Positions 27,301 through 37,524 are shown, counted from the first letter of the stretch. The stretch is DNA of 64,000 nucleotides from Candidatus Gugararchaeum adminiculabundum (GCA_902384795.1 CABMDC010000001.1:7375-71374); one strand, 5' to 3'. Made by a program: numbers and translations. Notes: generated from the letters alone by a model not told the origin.

Positions 27301-28884
27301 ATGGCAAAATGCCGATTTCCTCAGGTATATCCGCGACTTCTGTTATCCTTCTTGTTTTTTGCGCTATTCACTGGCATGGTTGCCGCTGATTCGGCCACCA
27401 GCCACTGGGGTGGAAGCTGGACAGCCGAGTGCACAAGAAACGAGACAACGCGAACCTTTACCGGCACCTGGAGCGCAATCGCGATTGAAAATGACGGAGT
27501 GATTTCAGGGAGCATTTCTTCGGATGGCGAAGCCGGCTGCACGGGCGTTTTGTCCGGAAATGTGAGCGGGCCGCGCATGGCCTGGAACATAGAAGGCGCC
27601 AACTGCCGGGGAAGAGGAAGGGGCGATTTAACTGCCAATAATATAAGCGGAGACTTTGGCATAGCCCCGCCCCAGCAAGACAGCGGCGGAGACCAGAGCG
27701 GCGTAGGCACTGCTCCTCCCAGTGGCAGTGGCTCAGGCACCCCTGCCTGCCTGGGCACATTTGAGGGAACATGCAGCGACTGTCCCCCTCCCCCGGTTTG
27801 CCAGCAAGGCCAAATTATCTGCCGTGGAAATTGCGTTGACAATAATACGGATTCGCTCAATTGTGGAAGATGCGGGCATCAGTGCCCATCCGGGCAAACT
27901 TGCCAGAACGGAAATTGCACCGGAATCCCCCCGCTAAATTGCTCGGGAGGATTAATCCTGTGCAACGGAGCGTGCATAGACACAACTTCCAGCCAATTCA
28001 ACTGCGGCAGCTGCGGCAACATCTGCGCGCCAGGGCGAGTGTGCCAAAATGGAGATTGTGCAGCAATCCCCCCGTTGAACTGCTCAGACGGGTTTACTCG
28101 CTGCAACATAACCTGCAGAAATACGAATTCCGATTCATCAAATTGCGGGGGCTGCGGCGTCCAGTGCCCCTCCGGGCAGTATTGCCAAAGCGCAACATGC
28201 AAAAACTCCGATTCTGACCATGGCACATTAATCTGTTCCAATGGCCTTACCCTTTGCAACGGAATGTGCGCTAACGCCAATGTCGATCTATCCAACTGCG
28301 GAGGATGCCGTATTCAGTGCTCTTCAGGCCAGTCCTGCCAAAGTGGAAAATGCACCAGCTCATTGGACTCATCCGGTGCATTCAACTGCATCGGCGGGCT
28401 TTCCAACTGCAATGAAATGTGCGCAAACACATCCGTAGATCTCGCAAACTGCGGCAGCTGCAACAATCCATGCGCAGCAGGCCAGTCTTGTCAAAGCGGG
28501 AAATGCGCGGCCCAGGAAAGCGAACCAAACCCGCTGACCTGTTCAGGCGGCTTCATTCTTTGCAACGGAGCCTGCGCGAACACCGATGCCGATCTATCCA
28601 ACTGCGGCAGCTGCAACAACCAGTGCACCGCGGGCCAGTCCTGCCAAACTGGAAAATGCACAAGCCCGGCAAATGGATCAAGCCAGGCGAATTGCCCAGG
28701 CGGCTCCTGCAACGGAACGCCAGCGAATGCAAATGCAGGTTCATCAAACTCTTCCTCCAATGCAAATGCCAATGAAAATAAAAAAATCAGAGATTATTCC
28801 ATTCCAGCGGCCATCGGGGTCATTTGCATAATCATCGGGGTCATGCTCTATTTCAGTTTCAAATCCCGGCCCCGGCAAAAATAA
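27301..28884 (+). CDS. Cys-rich surface protein with tandem STIG1/MXAN_6577-like repeats
   Basis: Signal peptide, six repeats of C..G...C.G.C.....D..NCG.C...C..GQ.CQ.G.C, C-terminal TM helix. Confidence 0.82.
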   Translation: MAKCRFPQVYPRLLLSFLFFALFTGMVAADSATSHWGGSWTAECTRNETTRTFTGTWSAIAIENDGVISGSISSDGEAGCTGVLSGNVSGPRMAWNIEGANCRGRGRGDLTANNISGDFGIAPPQQDSGGDQSGVGTAPPSGSGSGTPACLGTFEGTCSDCPPPPVCQQGQIICRGNCVDNNTDSLNCGRCGHQCPSGQTCQNGNCTGIPPLNCSGGLILCNGACIDTTSSQFNCGSCGNICAPGRVCQNGDCAAIPPLNCSDGFTRCNITCRNTNSDSSNCGGCGVQCPSGQYCQSATCKNSDSDHGTLICSNGLTLCNGMCANANVDLSNCGGCRIQCSSGQSCQSGKCTSSLDSSGAFNCIGGLSNCNEMCANTSVDLANCGSCNNPCAAGQSCQSGKCAAQESEPNPLTCSGGFILCNGACANTDADLSNCGSCNNQCTAGQSCQTGKCTSPANGSSQANCPGGSCNGTPANANAGSSNSSSNANANENKKIRDYSIPAAIGVICIIIGVMLYFSFKSRPRQK

Positions 28885-28984
28885 TCCGCAAATATAATTC
28901 TCAAATGGAAAACTCAGCCAGCGCAAGCTTTTTATATCCTCCCTGCATGAAGTTGCAAATATCTCAAATTCGTGTGGTGGTCGA

Positions 28985-31900
28985 ATGAATACGGGACGAA
29001 GTCAATGGGGTTTAGTTAACTTCAGGCACGGCTCAGTTAACCCGGGCTTGCTCGTCCTTGTTTGTGTTTTTATGCTCCTTAGCGTGAGCGCTGTCTCTGC
29101 AGTCACCTGGGAAAATTTCAAAGTTTTCAACAAAGGAAGTCCCCAGGGAATGCCCTATGCTTCAAACGGGCCCGGCTGTTCCATGGGCACCATGGGCGTT
29201 AATCCCCAGCCAGGGACTAACTGCCCCGGCAATAACCAAGTCTATGATTTGGGGGCCGTCTGGGTTGACATGGATGATACTTACGTCGCATGGATGATAA
29301 TGGCTCCGAACCTCACGAATGCCCAGTGGTGCAATCCTGCCGCGAGCCTGGGCAATCCTTTCACCTCGCCTCCCGGAGTTGGAATTGGAATTGAAATAGA
29401 TGTTGACAACAACATCTCAACCGGGTGCAACGCCAACAATACGGGCGCTCAAAACTGCTTCCCGGGTTCCGAGTACCAGGTATGGTTCTATGGGGACAAT
29501 ACCACTGCGTTCATGAAATACAACGCCAGCCTCGCGAGCTGCAGCTCCGGGGGCAGCTGTTTCTCGGTAAATAATTCTATTACCGTTTCAAAAAATATGT
29601 CCTGCGGCCCGTTCCCGTCAATTGTCATGCTTGCAGTAAACAGGTCAGCGCTCGTTGGCCTGAAGGGAACGAATTTCGAAGCGAATTCATTCGCAACCGG
29701 AGCCGGCCCAGTGGAGCACATGGGCGGCTATGGGCAGGAAAAGATGATGATGGGCGGCTCGCAGGATCCGATGATGATGGGCCAGACTCCTTGCATGGGT
29801 TTCACAACAAACGCGGCATGCACCAATGTCAGCATGAGCTACAAATGCACTTGGAATTCCAACTTCAATAAGTGCGAGCCGAATTTCGCGCTGGGCGGAG
29901 GAATGAACTGCAGTGATTTCTGCGGCATGTGCAATTCCACTGTCACCTGTCAGAATGGGGGAAGGGGCAAGTGCCAGATAGTAAACGCGCCTCCTTCGCC
30001 GCGGCCGCCAGACATGAGAGTATGGAGCGACAGCGGAGACAAGGTGTGTGTCGAGAACATGCAAACATTCCAAATGGGAACAGGGGGCTCAAGCGGGAGC
30101 TGTGATACGGATTGCAAGTTCTGCGCTTCTAGCTCAACCTGCTCGAACTCGCGTGTGCCCAACTCCATGGGGGGCGGAGCCGGATGCCAATGGGTTACTG
30201 ACCCGGTATTCGGAGGTTCGTGGTGCGACCTTGCAACTTTCAGCACAAACTCCCTCCGCTGCAGTGCCGCAAGCCCAGATCGGTGCCTGAACCAGACAGC
30301 ATGCCAGGGAGCCGCATTGACCTGGAGTGATGCAATAACCGGCAACAGCACAAACTGCACAAACATCGGGGGCTCTGTCAGCGGAAGCCACTGCTCCATT
30401 ATCCAGTGTTATACTCCTGGCCAGGAAATCTGCTATGATGGAATTGACAACAATAACAACAGCCTGATTGACTGCGCAGAGTCATCCTGCCAGCAAGATA
30501 AGTTCTGCGGAGGAGACATCAACATGCTAACCGATGCCACTGTGGTGGCGCGCGGAGGAGCAGACCTGACTAGGGGACAGGCAATGCAATTCCAGATGTT
30601 CAAGGACATGGACCCAAGCCCGCCAGTAATGCTCTACGGAATTGCTTCGACCCCGTCGGTAGCAGGGCACCTTGACATAACCGGATTTGACATAAAGGAC
30701 ATGGGCAATTCGCTTGCATTCGGCATAAAGGTGAGAAACTACACGAGCATCGAGTGCAGCGGCGGCTATGTGGGAACAGGTTCCTATTACTATTTACTCG
30801 ACACGGATAAGAACAGCTCAACAGGATGCATTGCGGACATTGCCGGCACGAACTACACCGGTTTTGAGTACAAATTAATCTATAATATATCCATGAACTC
30901 AAGCGGCGGCATTGTTGAAGTAAGGACAGCCGAGCGGTGCATGGGTGGGCAGTTTTTTGTGCAGCCAATCAAGCTCGCAGGCGCGCCAACCCCTCCTCCT
31001 GAAATGAACATGGGGAGCCAAAAAATGTCCTGCGTGTTCGGGGTTGCGCTGGTTGCAGTGGACAAAGTCGACATAGGAAATTCCTTATCCATCAGGATAA
31101 TGGCAGCGACTTCGGACAACACCACCACCCTGACAACTGCGAACAAGACAATACTCGGTCCGAACAACGGCGGAATGTATTACACTCCGGGAACAATCGA
31201 TTTCAAGCCGCAGGACTGTCAGTCAAACCCAACCGCCTGCGGAACAGCATTCAGCATGATCGGCGGCGGAAAATTCATGCCATTCGAAGACTGCATGAAG
31301 CCAGGCGACGAGGACATGAACAGCCTTTCTGACTGCGCCGACCCGGCATGCCAGTTTGCGCCATTCTGCGCAGGCAGATCCGGATCATTCAACTCAACCA
31401 CTGACACCTCCGCGCCAACCGTGCCAACTGCAAGGGCGGACACGTTCAAAGATTTCGTGTTCCTGCACTGGGTGACCAATGAGCCATCCAACGGAACAAT
31501 AAGCCTCTACGAATCATGCAGCGATGCAACGCCATTGAACTATTTCGTTGACATGCCTCCATCTGAATTCGACCGCTACAAGCCATGGCATGACTTTGGC
31601 ATAAGGAACCAGTCAACAGATTTCAACGGAGCTACCGTAGTCCTCGATTCCAACACCACCTATTATTACAAGCTGACTTCCTGCGACAGGGCAGGCAACT
31701 GCGCGGTTTCGGCATGCCTAAACTTCACTACAAAAGCAGGCTCGGCTTCCAGCGCAGTCCAATTCCAGTTTGATTTCACCCCGCCCGCAGACCCGCTAGT
31801 GAACGGCACCACCATGAAGATATGGAACGGCACCGCCTACCAGAACATAACCGCAGGGCAGCTCACAAACCAGAGTTCCTATCTCCAGAACGCAACGCTG

Positions 31901-34579
31901 AAATTCGACCATCCCGGCACGGGTTCCAACAACTGGTCGATTGCAATCGGCGGAATCGATCTTGCGCAGGCTACATCCATGGATCTTTCCGAGGCTTTCA
32001 ACGCAACCAATGAGAGCGGCCACATCTATGTCGGCATGGACAACAACAAGTGGCTCGAGCTGGCGCAGACGCTCGGCCCGGAAAACATAACCATAACAAT
32101 TCCGGAAGGCAGCAATGGGCTCATAAAATGCCAGACCGACAACATGAGCAATTGCGCCGATGTCACCGGAAACGCGACAAAGGTTGCCGGAGGAGATGGC
32201 TACAACTACACCACCTGGGAAATACCCATAGGATTAGGCTTCTCGGTTTACGGGGCGAACTCATCAGATGTTGATGCGCCTTATTGGGAATCGCTTACAG
32301 TCTCCCCGGGCAATGTAATCAACTACTCCACTGGCCAGACGATCAACCTAAGCATAAAATGGACAGACGAGTCATCTGACCTGGATGCCGTACTAATAGA
32401 GTTCAACGGAACGAACTACACCATGAATGGGGGAGGAAGCGGAACGTACTACAGCTACACGAACGCAACGCTTGCCGCAGGCAACTACACCTACGAGTTC
32501 TTTGTGAACGACACCCAGGGCAATATGAACAACACGGACGAGTTTGCCCTGATTATAACAAAGAACACAAGCAGCTGCTCAGTTTCAACCGCAAGTTCCA
32601 CGCTCACCTACCCCAACCCTGTTCTCGTCACTGCATCTTGCAGTGATCCGACTGCCAAGCTTTACCGGAATGCGACAGTTCAGTCCAACATGACCTACCT
32701 ATTGCTCGGGGCTGGCGACTACGTTCTTGTGGTAAACACCACTGACAGGACCAACTTCACCATCGCAACGGCTTCGGCCTATGTTAATGTGAGCAAAGGA
32801 ATTCCAACTCTCTACCAAAACAGTTCTGCTGGCTGGAGCATAGCATACACTACGGCAACTACCCTGAGTGCAGGCGGATGCCCTGGCACTGGCGCCGCCG
32901 CCATCACCTGCAACCTGACCCTAAACGACACTAACATGGGAGTGAGCAGCTTGCTCATAAACATTACAAATGCAACAGGAGTATACGCCATCGGGGTCAC
33001 TTCCTCTGGCAATGAGAACTGGTCCGCAACCACCAGCACGCCAACCGATTTGACTATAACCAAGGCAACAATGCCGCTGTATCTCTATATAGACGGTTAC
33101 CAGCTGAACAAGGCAATAAACATCAGCACCAATTCCACCATCACCGGCTCAAAGCCCTATGACGAAGGGATTCTCGACCTTTACATAAACGGAACAGTGG
33201 CAGCTACGCCCGGAGCATCCCTCTCCAACAACTCCAATTACACTTCCGCTGGCACCTACAACCTAACCCTGGTCTACAACGCAACGGAGAATTTCACTGC
33301 CTCCTCAGCAACGCGCTATCTCACAGTATACGACTTCACTCCAGCCGCCGGGCAGGTTATAGTGACCAGTGAAACGCCAGAAGTCACTGTGGATTCCAGC
33401 ACCACGGAAGTGATAGTTACCGACACCTCTTCACTGGAGGACGTGACCATACCCTCAACCATTACCTCGACAACGGAAGTTTCGCTGGTCTACTCGTTTG
33501 TTTCCGAAACAAACGGGGCGGATACGGATGTGACCGTGGGAACAGATTTCAATGTAAGCCGCAGTACCTCAACTGTCAACTATACCCTAGAAATACCCGC
33601 AAACACCACCATCTCCGGAACCGGCTGGGACGGGGTGTTGCTCCTGCCCACGGTTAAGGCGGTCACCACCGTGACCATAAGTGCGCCAAGCGGCTACACG
33701 CAAACGACTTCGCAAGTCATTGAAATAGGCTCCACCTCCGTGCCCCTGACCTTTGACAAGGGGGTGAGAATAGTAATGTCCGGCCAGGCCAATAAGAGCG
33801 TTGGCTACACCAGCGCAGGCAGCAGCACCTTTACCGAGATAACCGCAAACTGCTCTGTAGACACGCAGGAAAATGCGGATGAGAATTTGAGCATAGGCGG
33901 AGTATCCGCGTGCAAGATCAATTCAGGCTCTGATTTGGTTGTATGGACCAAGCACTTTACAAAATTCGCCACCTACACTCTGTCGGCCTCAACTCCGCAC
34001 ACCACGCCCACTCCGCCAACTACCTATTCCAACACCGGCGGTTCGAGCCTGGGATACACTTACCCGCCTGTTGTTACGCCTCCGCTAGTTGTTACTACGC
34101 CTCCGCCCGAGGCGCCTCCGGAGCAGCCTCCAGCCCAGCCTCCGGCAGTGCAGCCCCCGGCGAACGTTCCGCCAGCAGCGCCCTCGACTTCCACTGTTGC
34201 GCAACAGGAAATAACAAATGCTGAAACGCAAATAGCAGCCGCCCTGAAAAAGGGTAATGATATCTCCGTTGCAAACACGAAATTAGCATCGGCAAAAGCG
34301 GCGTTTGCAAACAAGGACTATCTGCAAGCAAAGGAGCTCGCGCAGGAAGCGGCGCAGCTTGCCTTGAATTCCAAGTTCGCGGCCCCGCCGAAAACCACGC
34401 CCCCGGCTGCAAACATCAGCGGGAACGCATCAGCAACACCGGTCGCGCCTGAAAGCAGCGGCCTGAGTTTCACTGACATGCTCGTAATCGGCGCAGTCGT
34501 CCTGGTAGCAATACTGGCAGCTGTCTGGGCGCTCTTCCTGCGGAAACAGCCGGAGGCCCAGGTGCCGCCTCAAAACTAG
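28985..34579 (+). CDS. Giant (1864 aa) multidomain Cys-rich surface protein
   Basis: Signal peptide, two D.D....TGC DOMON-like domains, Cys-rich segments, EICYDGIDN..DC motif, FN3-like domain, Ig-like stalk, WTKHFTKFA, Pro-rich linker, helical module, TM helix. Confidence 0.85.
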   Translation: MNTGRSQWGLVNFRHGSVNPGLLVLVCVFMLLSVSAVSAVTWENFKVFNKGSPQGMPYASNGPGCSMGTMGVNPQPGTNCPGNNQVYDLGAVWVDMDDTYVAWMIMAPNLTNAQWCNPAASLGNPFTSPPGVGIGIEIDVDNNISTGCNANNTGAQNCFPGSEYQVWFYGDNTTAFMKYNASLASCSSGGSCFSVNNSITVSKNMSCGPFPSIVMLAVNRSALVGLKGTNFEANSFATGAGPVEHMGGYGQEKMMMGGSQDPMMMGQTPCMGFTTNAACTNVSMSYKCTWNSNFNKCEPNFALGGGMNCSDFCGMCNSTVTCQNGGRGKCQIVNAPPSPRPPDMRVWSDSGDKVCVENMQTFQMGTGGSSGSCDTDCKFCASSSTCSNSRVPNSMGGGAGCQWVTDPVFGGSWCDLATFSTNSLRCSAASPDRCLNQTACQGAALTWSDAITGNSTNCTNIGGSVSGSHCSIIQCYTPGQEICYDGIDNNNNSLIDCAESSCQQDKFCGGDINMLTDATVVARGGADLTRGQAMQFQMFKDMDPSPPVMLYGIASTPSVAGHLDITGFDIKDMGNSLAFGIKVRNYTSIECSGGYVGTGSYYYLLDTDKNSSTGCIADIAGTNYTGFEYKLIYNISMNSSGGIVEVRTAERCMGGQFFVQPIKLAGAPTPPPEMNMGSQKMSCVFGVALVAVDKVDIGNSLSIRIMAATSDNTTTLTTANKTILGPNNGGMYYTPGTIDFKPQDCQSNPTACGTAFSMIGGGKFMPFEDCMKPGDEDMNSLSDCADPACQFAPFCAGRSGSFNSTTDTSAPTVPTARADTFKDFVFLHWVTNEPSNGTISLYESCSDATPLNYFVDMPPSEFDRYKPWHDFGIRNQSTDFNGATVVLDSNTTYYYKLTSCDRAGNCAVSACLNFTTKAGSASSAVQFQFDFTPPADPLVNGTTMKIWNGTAYQNITAGQLTNQSSYLQNATLKFDHPGTGSNNWSIAIGGIDLAQATSMDLSEAFNATNESGHIYVGMDNNKWLELAQTLGPENITITIPEGSNGLIKCQTDNMSNCADVTGNATKVAGGDGYNYTTWEIPIGLGFSVYGANSSDVDAPYWESLTVSPGNVINYSTGQTINLSIKWTDESSDLDAVLIEFNGTNYTMNGGGSGTYYSYTNATLAAGNYTYEFFVNDTQGNMNNTDEFALIITKNTSSCSVSTASSTLTYPNPVLVTASCSDPTAKLYRNATVQSNMTYLLLGAGDYVLVVNTTDRTNFTIATASAYVNVSKGIPTLYQNSSAGWSIAYTTATTLSAGGCPGTGAAAITCNLTLNDTNMGVSSLLINITNATGVYAIGVTSSGNENWSATTSTPTDLTITKATMPLYLYIDGYQLNKAINISTNSTITGSKPYDEGILDLYINGTVAATPGASLSNNSNYTSAGTYNLTLVYNATENFTASSATRYLTVYDFTPAAGQVIVTSETPEVTVDSSTTEVIVTDTSSLEDVTIPSTITSTTEVSLVYSFVSETNGADTDVTVGTDFNVSRSTSTVNYTLEIPANTTISGTGWDGVLLLPTVKAVTTVTISAPSGYTQTTSQVIEIGSTSVPLTFDKGVRIVMSGQANKSVGYTSAGSSTFTEITANCSVDTQENADENLSIGGVSACKINSGSDLVVWTKHFTKFATYTLSASTPHTTPTPPTTYSNTGGSSLGYTYPPVVTPPLVVTTPPPEAPPEQPPAQPPAVQPPANVPPAAPSTSTVAQQEITNAETQIAAALKKGNDISVANTKLASAKAAFANKDYLQAKELAQEAAQLALNSKFAAPPKTTPPAANISGNASATPVAPESSGLSFTDMLVIGAVVLVAILAAVWALFLRKQPEAQVPPQN

Positions 34580-34587
34580 GGGCGCAG

Positions 34588-34693
34588 TTTTTTTCTTTTT
34601 CTTTTTTCTTCCCTGTTTCTATTTTCCTCTCTTCCCATTTTCCATTCTATTTTCTTTTTTCCATTTTTTCTTTTATCCCTATTTTTCTTTTTT
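34588..34693 (+). terminator. Long oligo-T/pyrimidine tract
   Basis: About 105 nt, almost purely T/C with several T5-T8 runs, directly after the stop codon; typical archaeal U-rich terminator but unusually long. Confidence 0.6.
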
Positions 34694-34739
34694 CGCCCAG
34701 TGTGAAATGCATTTAAATCCCACCAAGTCATAGCATAGC

Positions 34740-35702
34740 ATGGAATTTGCGCTTGAGGCAGAGGGCCTTACCAAAGTCTACCAGGGCAAGGTCGTGCTCT
34801 ACAATTTTTCGCTAAATATAAGGAAGGGCGAGATACTGGGCCTTCTGGGGCCAAACGGCGCAGGAAAAAGCACTTTCATCAGGATTATTTCAGGCCTTGA
34901 GGAACCCGATTCCGGCATCCTGAAAATTCTCGGGGAGCGCGCAGGAAAAATCGGCAGGAGGAAAATCGGAGTCGCGCCCCAGGAAAACGCGCTCTACCCG
35001 CTTCTCACCTGCACTGAAAACCTCCTATACTTCGGCTCGCTCTACGGAATTGGCGGAAAACTGGCGCGCGAGCGCGCAGCCCAGCTTCTTGACAATCTCG
35101 GTCTGGAGAAAAAGAAAAACGTCCCATGCCAATTTCTCAGCGGAGGCATGAAGCGCAGGCTCAATCTCGCGTGCGCGCTCATGCACGAGCCGGAAATCAT
35201 AATTCTCGACGAGCCGACAACAGGGCTTGACCCTGCAACGCGCGTGCAGATGTGGAAAACAGTGCAGGAGATTGTGCGGAAAACCGGGGCTACGCTGCTT
35301 CTCACCACCCATTACATCGAGGAAGCCGAAGCTCTTTGCAGCAGGATCGCGTTCATCAATTCCGGGCAGGTTGTCGCGGAAGGCACTCCCAACGAGCTCA
35401 AGCGCCGCGTGGGAAAGGAGCTTGCAAAACTCACAACAATTCCCGGAGCTCCTGACAAGCTCATCGCAATAATAAAAAAAATAAACGGAATTGACGCCGT
35501 CACGGCCACGGAGCACGGAGTAGTAATCGAAGGCAATGAAATCTCCTCCAAGCTGCCGGAAATTTCCAAGGCGCTTGAAAAAAGCGGGGAAACAATCGTG
35601 GAACTGTCGCTTTCGCGGCCTTCGCTTGAGGACGTGTTCCTGACCATGACCGGCTCGAAACTCAGAGAGGTAGTTGCTGTTGAACCTGCTAAGCGAAATT
35701 AA
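34740..35702 (+). CDS. ABC-2 exporter ATP-binding protein
   Basis: GPNGAGKST, LSGGMKRR, LDEPTTGLD, TTHY, PSLEDVF. Confidence 0.95.
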   Translation: MEFALEAEGLTKVYQGKVVLYNFSLNIRKGEILGLLGPNGAGKSTFIRIISGLEEPDSGILKILGERAGKIGRRKIGVAPQENALYPLLTCTENLLYFGSLYGIGGKLARERAAQLLDNLGLEKKKNVPCQFLSGGMKRRLNLACALMHEPEIIILDEPTTGLDPATRVQMWKTVQEIVRKTGATLLLTTHYIEEAEALCSRIAFINSGQVVAEGTPNELKRRVGKELAKLTTIPGAPDKLIAIIKKINGIDAVTATEHGVVIEGNEISSKLPEISKALEKSGETIVELSLSRPSLEDVFLTMTGSKLREVVAVEPAKRN

Positions 35703-37524
35703 AAAAGACGGAAAGCAGTTCCTGCGCGAGCGCCGCACGCTTCTTCTTATGGTAATAGCCCCGCTGCTGGTGCTCCTCATCATGTCCGCGATTTTCAGCG
35801 GAAACTCCACCCAGGTCAACACGGTTGCCATTGGCGTATGCGACCTTGACCAGAGCAATGCCTCACAATTTTTCATAAGCGGCATGGAGAACAGCAGCCA
35901 GGTGCGTGCCTATTCCGCAGGAAAAGGCTGCGAGGCGCTTCTCAAAAAAGAGGTGACCGAAGGCAGGCTTGCGGCAGGCATCGTGCTGCCCGAGGGATTC
36001 GAGGCCGGCATCACGCTGGGCGCCACGCAGAACATTTCCATGTACCTGGACAACTCGCGCTTCCAGGTTTCCCCTTCAATAGAGGCGTTCGTGAAAGCGG
36101 CGGTCCAGGACACCGACCAGCGGATCGGCGCGCAGTTCATAGGCTCGGTCTGGGAGCGCCTTGGCACTGCGGACGCCAAGCTCGCGCAGATGCTCGTGGA
36201 CATCAACAATACGCGCACCAGGGCGCAGGACATGAAAAAGAGCCTTCAGAAAACAGCGGATTCGCTGAATTCGCTCAACCTAAGCGGCGTGAGAAACGAG
36301 ATTTATGCCGCGAACAGCACGGTGCTGGGCGCCGTCTCCTCGCTGGACATCGCGCAAAGCAATCTCACAAAAATAGAATCGGATTTCGCAGGCTACGATG
36401 CAACGCTCAACCAGACCGAATCGGACTTGCTTGGTATAAATTCCAGCCTGGCGAACATCAGCGGCTACATCTCCGGTGCGAAAGCCGGGGCGAACTGCAG
36501 CGACCTTGCGTTTTTCGCCTATTGCCTGTCCATCGATTCGCTCAACGGCAGCGTCGCATCCTCGCAGCAGTCCATCGAGCTGCGCATAGAAAAGGTGCGG
36601 GCAGCGCGCCAGTCCCTTGCGGCCGCCAATGGGACAATACAGGATTTCAAGGCTAACATAGCAACTGCGCGCGGCGGCGCATCGGACGCAGAAGTAAGAA
36701 TCAACAACATGCTCGGCTTTGTGAGCCAGCTCGAGCTGAACCGCCAGGAGGCGCTGAACACCATCGCGGATGTTGACGCCTCCCTTGGCCAGATAACGCA
36801 GAAGACCTACGAGTTCGAGAACATAATTGCCGACAGCAGGAATCAGATACGCGAAATAACCTCGCGCTCGCCCGAATCCATCATCTCGCCCATGCTGGTC
36901 ACATCCAATCATCTGTTCGGCAACCGGCCGTTCTTTGATTTCATGCTTCCGAGCCTTCTCCCGCTAATCCTGATGTTCATCGCGCTGTTCCTCGCATCGA
37001 CTTCGCTGGTGCGCGAAAAGAACAGCGGCACGCTCACGCGCGTTTACGTTTCCCAGGTGAATTCATTCGAGTACGCGGCAGTGAAAGTGATCAGCTATTC
37101 CGTTGTCCTTCTCCCCGGCGCATTGCTGCTCGCCCTGGTCGCGTCCGTCCTCTACGGCGCGTTTCCGCCCCTGGACGCAGGCGCGTGGTTCCTGGTAATG
37201 CAGGCCCTCATCCTGCTCACGCTCACATTCGTTGCGCTCGGGGTCCTGATAGCCGTCCATTCGGAATCCGAGTCCACCGCATTCCTGGCTTCGCTGGTGG
37301 TCGGGCTGCCCATGTTATTTTTGGGAGGGCTCCTATTCCCGTTCGAATTCATGCCCCCGCTTGTCGCCCTATGCGGCATGGCTTCCCCTCTCACCCAGGC
37401 GGTGCTCAGCATGCAGGCCGCGCTGGTGTACCATTCTCCTCAGATTGCAAGCTCCATCGTGCTTCTGCTCTATGCCTCAGTGCTGACCCTGCTGGTCGGA
37501 CTGTCTGTGAAAAAAAGCAGCTAG
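35674..37524 (+). CDS. ABC-2 permease with a large extracellular coiled-coil insertion (YhgE/Pip-like)
   Basis: N-terminal TM helix, VCDLDQS, about 250-aa helical insert, VREKNSGTL, GGLLFPFEFMP. Confidence 0.85.
   Translation: MLLNLLSEIKKDGKQFLRERRTLLLMVIAPLLVLLIMSAIFSGNSTQVNTVAIGVCDLDQSNASQFFISGMENSSQVRAYSAGKGCEALLKKEVTEGRLAAGIVLPEGFEAGITLGATQNISMYLDNSRFQVSPSIEAFVKAAVQDTDQRIGAQFIGSVWERLGTADAKLAQMLVDINNTRTRAQDMKKSLQKTADSLNSLNLSGVRNEIYAANSTVLGAVSSLDIAQSNLTKIESDFAGYDATLNQTESDLLGINSSLANISGYISGAKAGANCSDLAFFAYCLSIDSLNGSVASSQQSIELRIEKVRAARQSLAAANGTIQDFKANIATARGGASDAEVRINNMLGFVSQLELNRQEALNTIADVDASLGQITQKTYEFENIIADSRNQIREITSRSPESIISPMLVTSNHLFGNRPFFDFMLPSLLPLILMFIALFLASTSLVREKNSGTLTRVYVSQVNSFEYAAVKVISYSVVLLPGALLLALVASVLYGAFPPLDAGAWFLVMQALILLTLTFVALGVLIAVHSESESTAFLASLVVGLPMLFLGGLLFPFEFMPPLVALCGMASPLTQAVLSMQAALVYHSPQIASSIVLLLYASVLTLLVGLSVKKSS

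Noticed and set aside
27800-28680. DNA repeats as a possible CRISPR array or DGR template/variable repeat
   Set aside because: The repeats are in-frame coding Cys modules, differences are not adenine-specific and there is no reverse transcriptase or cas gene in the window.
25892-34579. Possible genomic island integrated at tRNA-Gln
   Set aside because: No integrase, no duplicated tRNA 3' end found by eye and no phage or plasmid genes.
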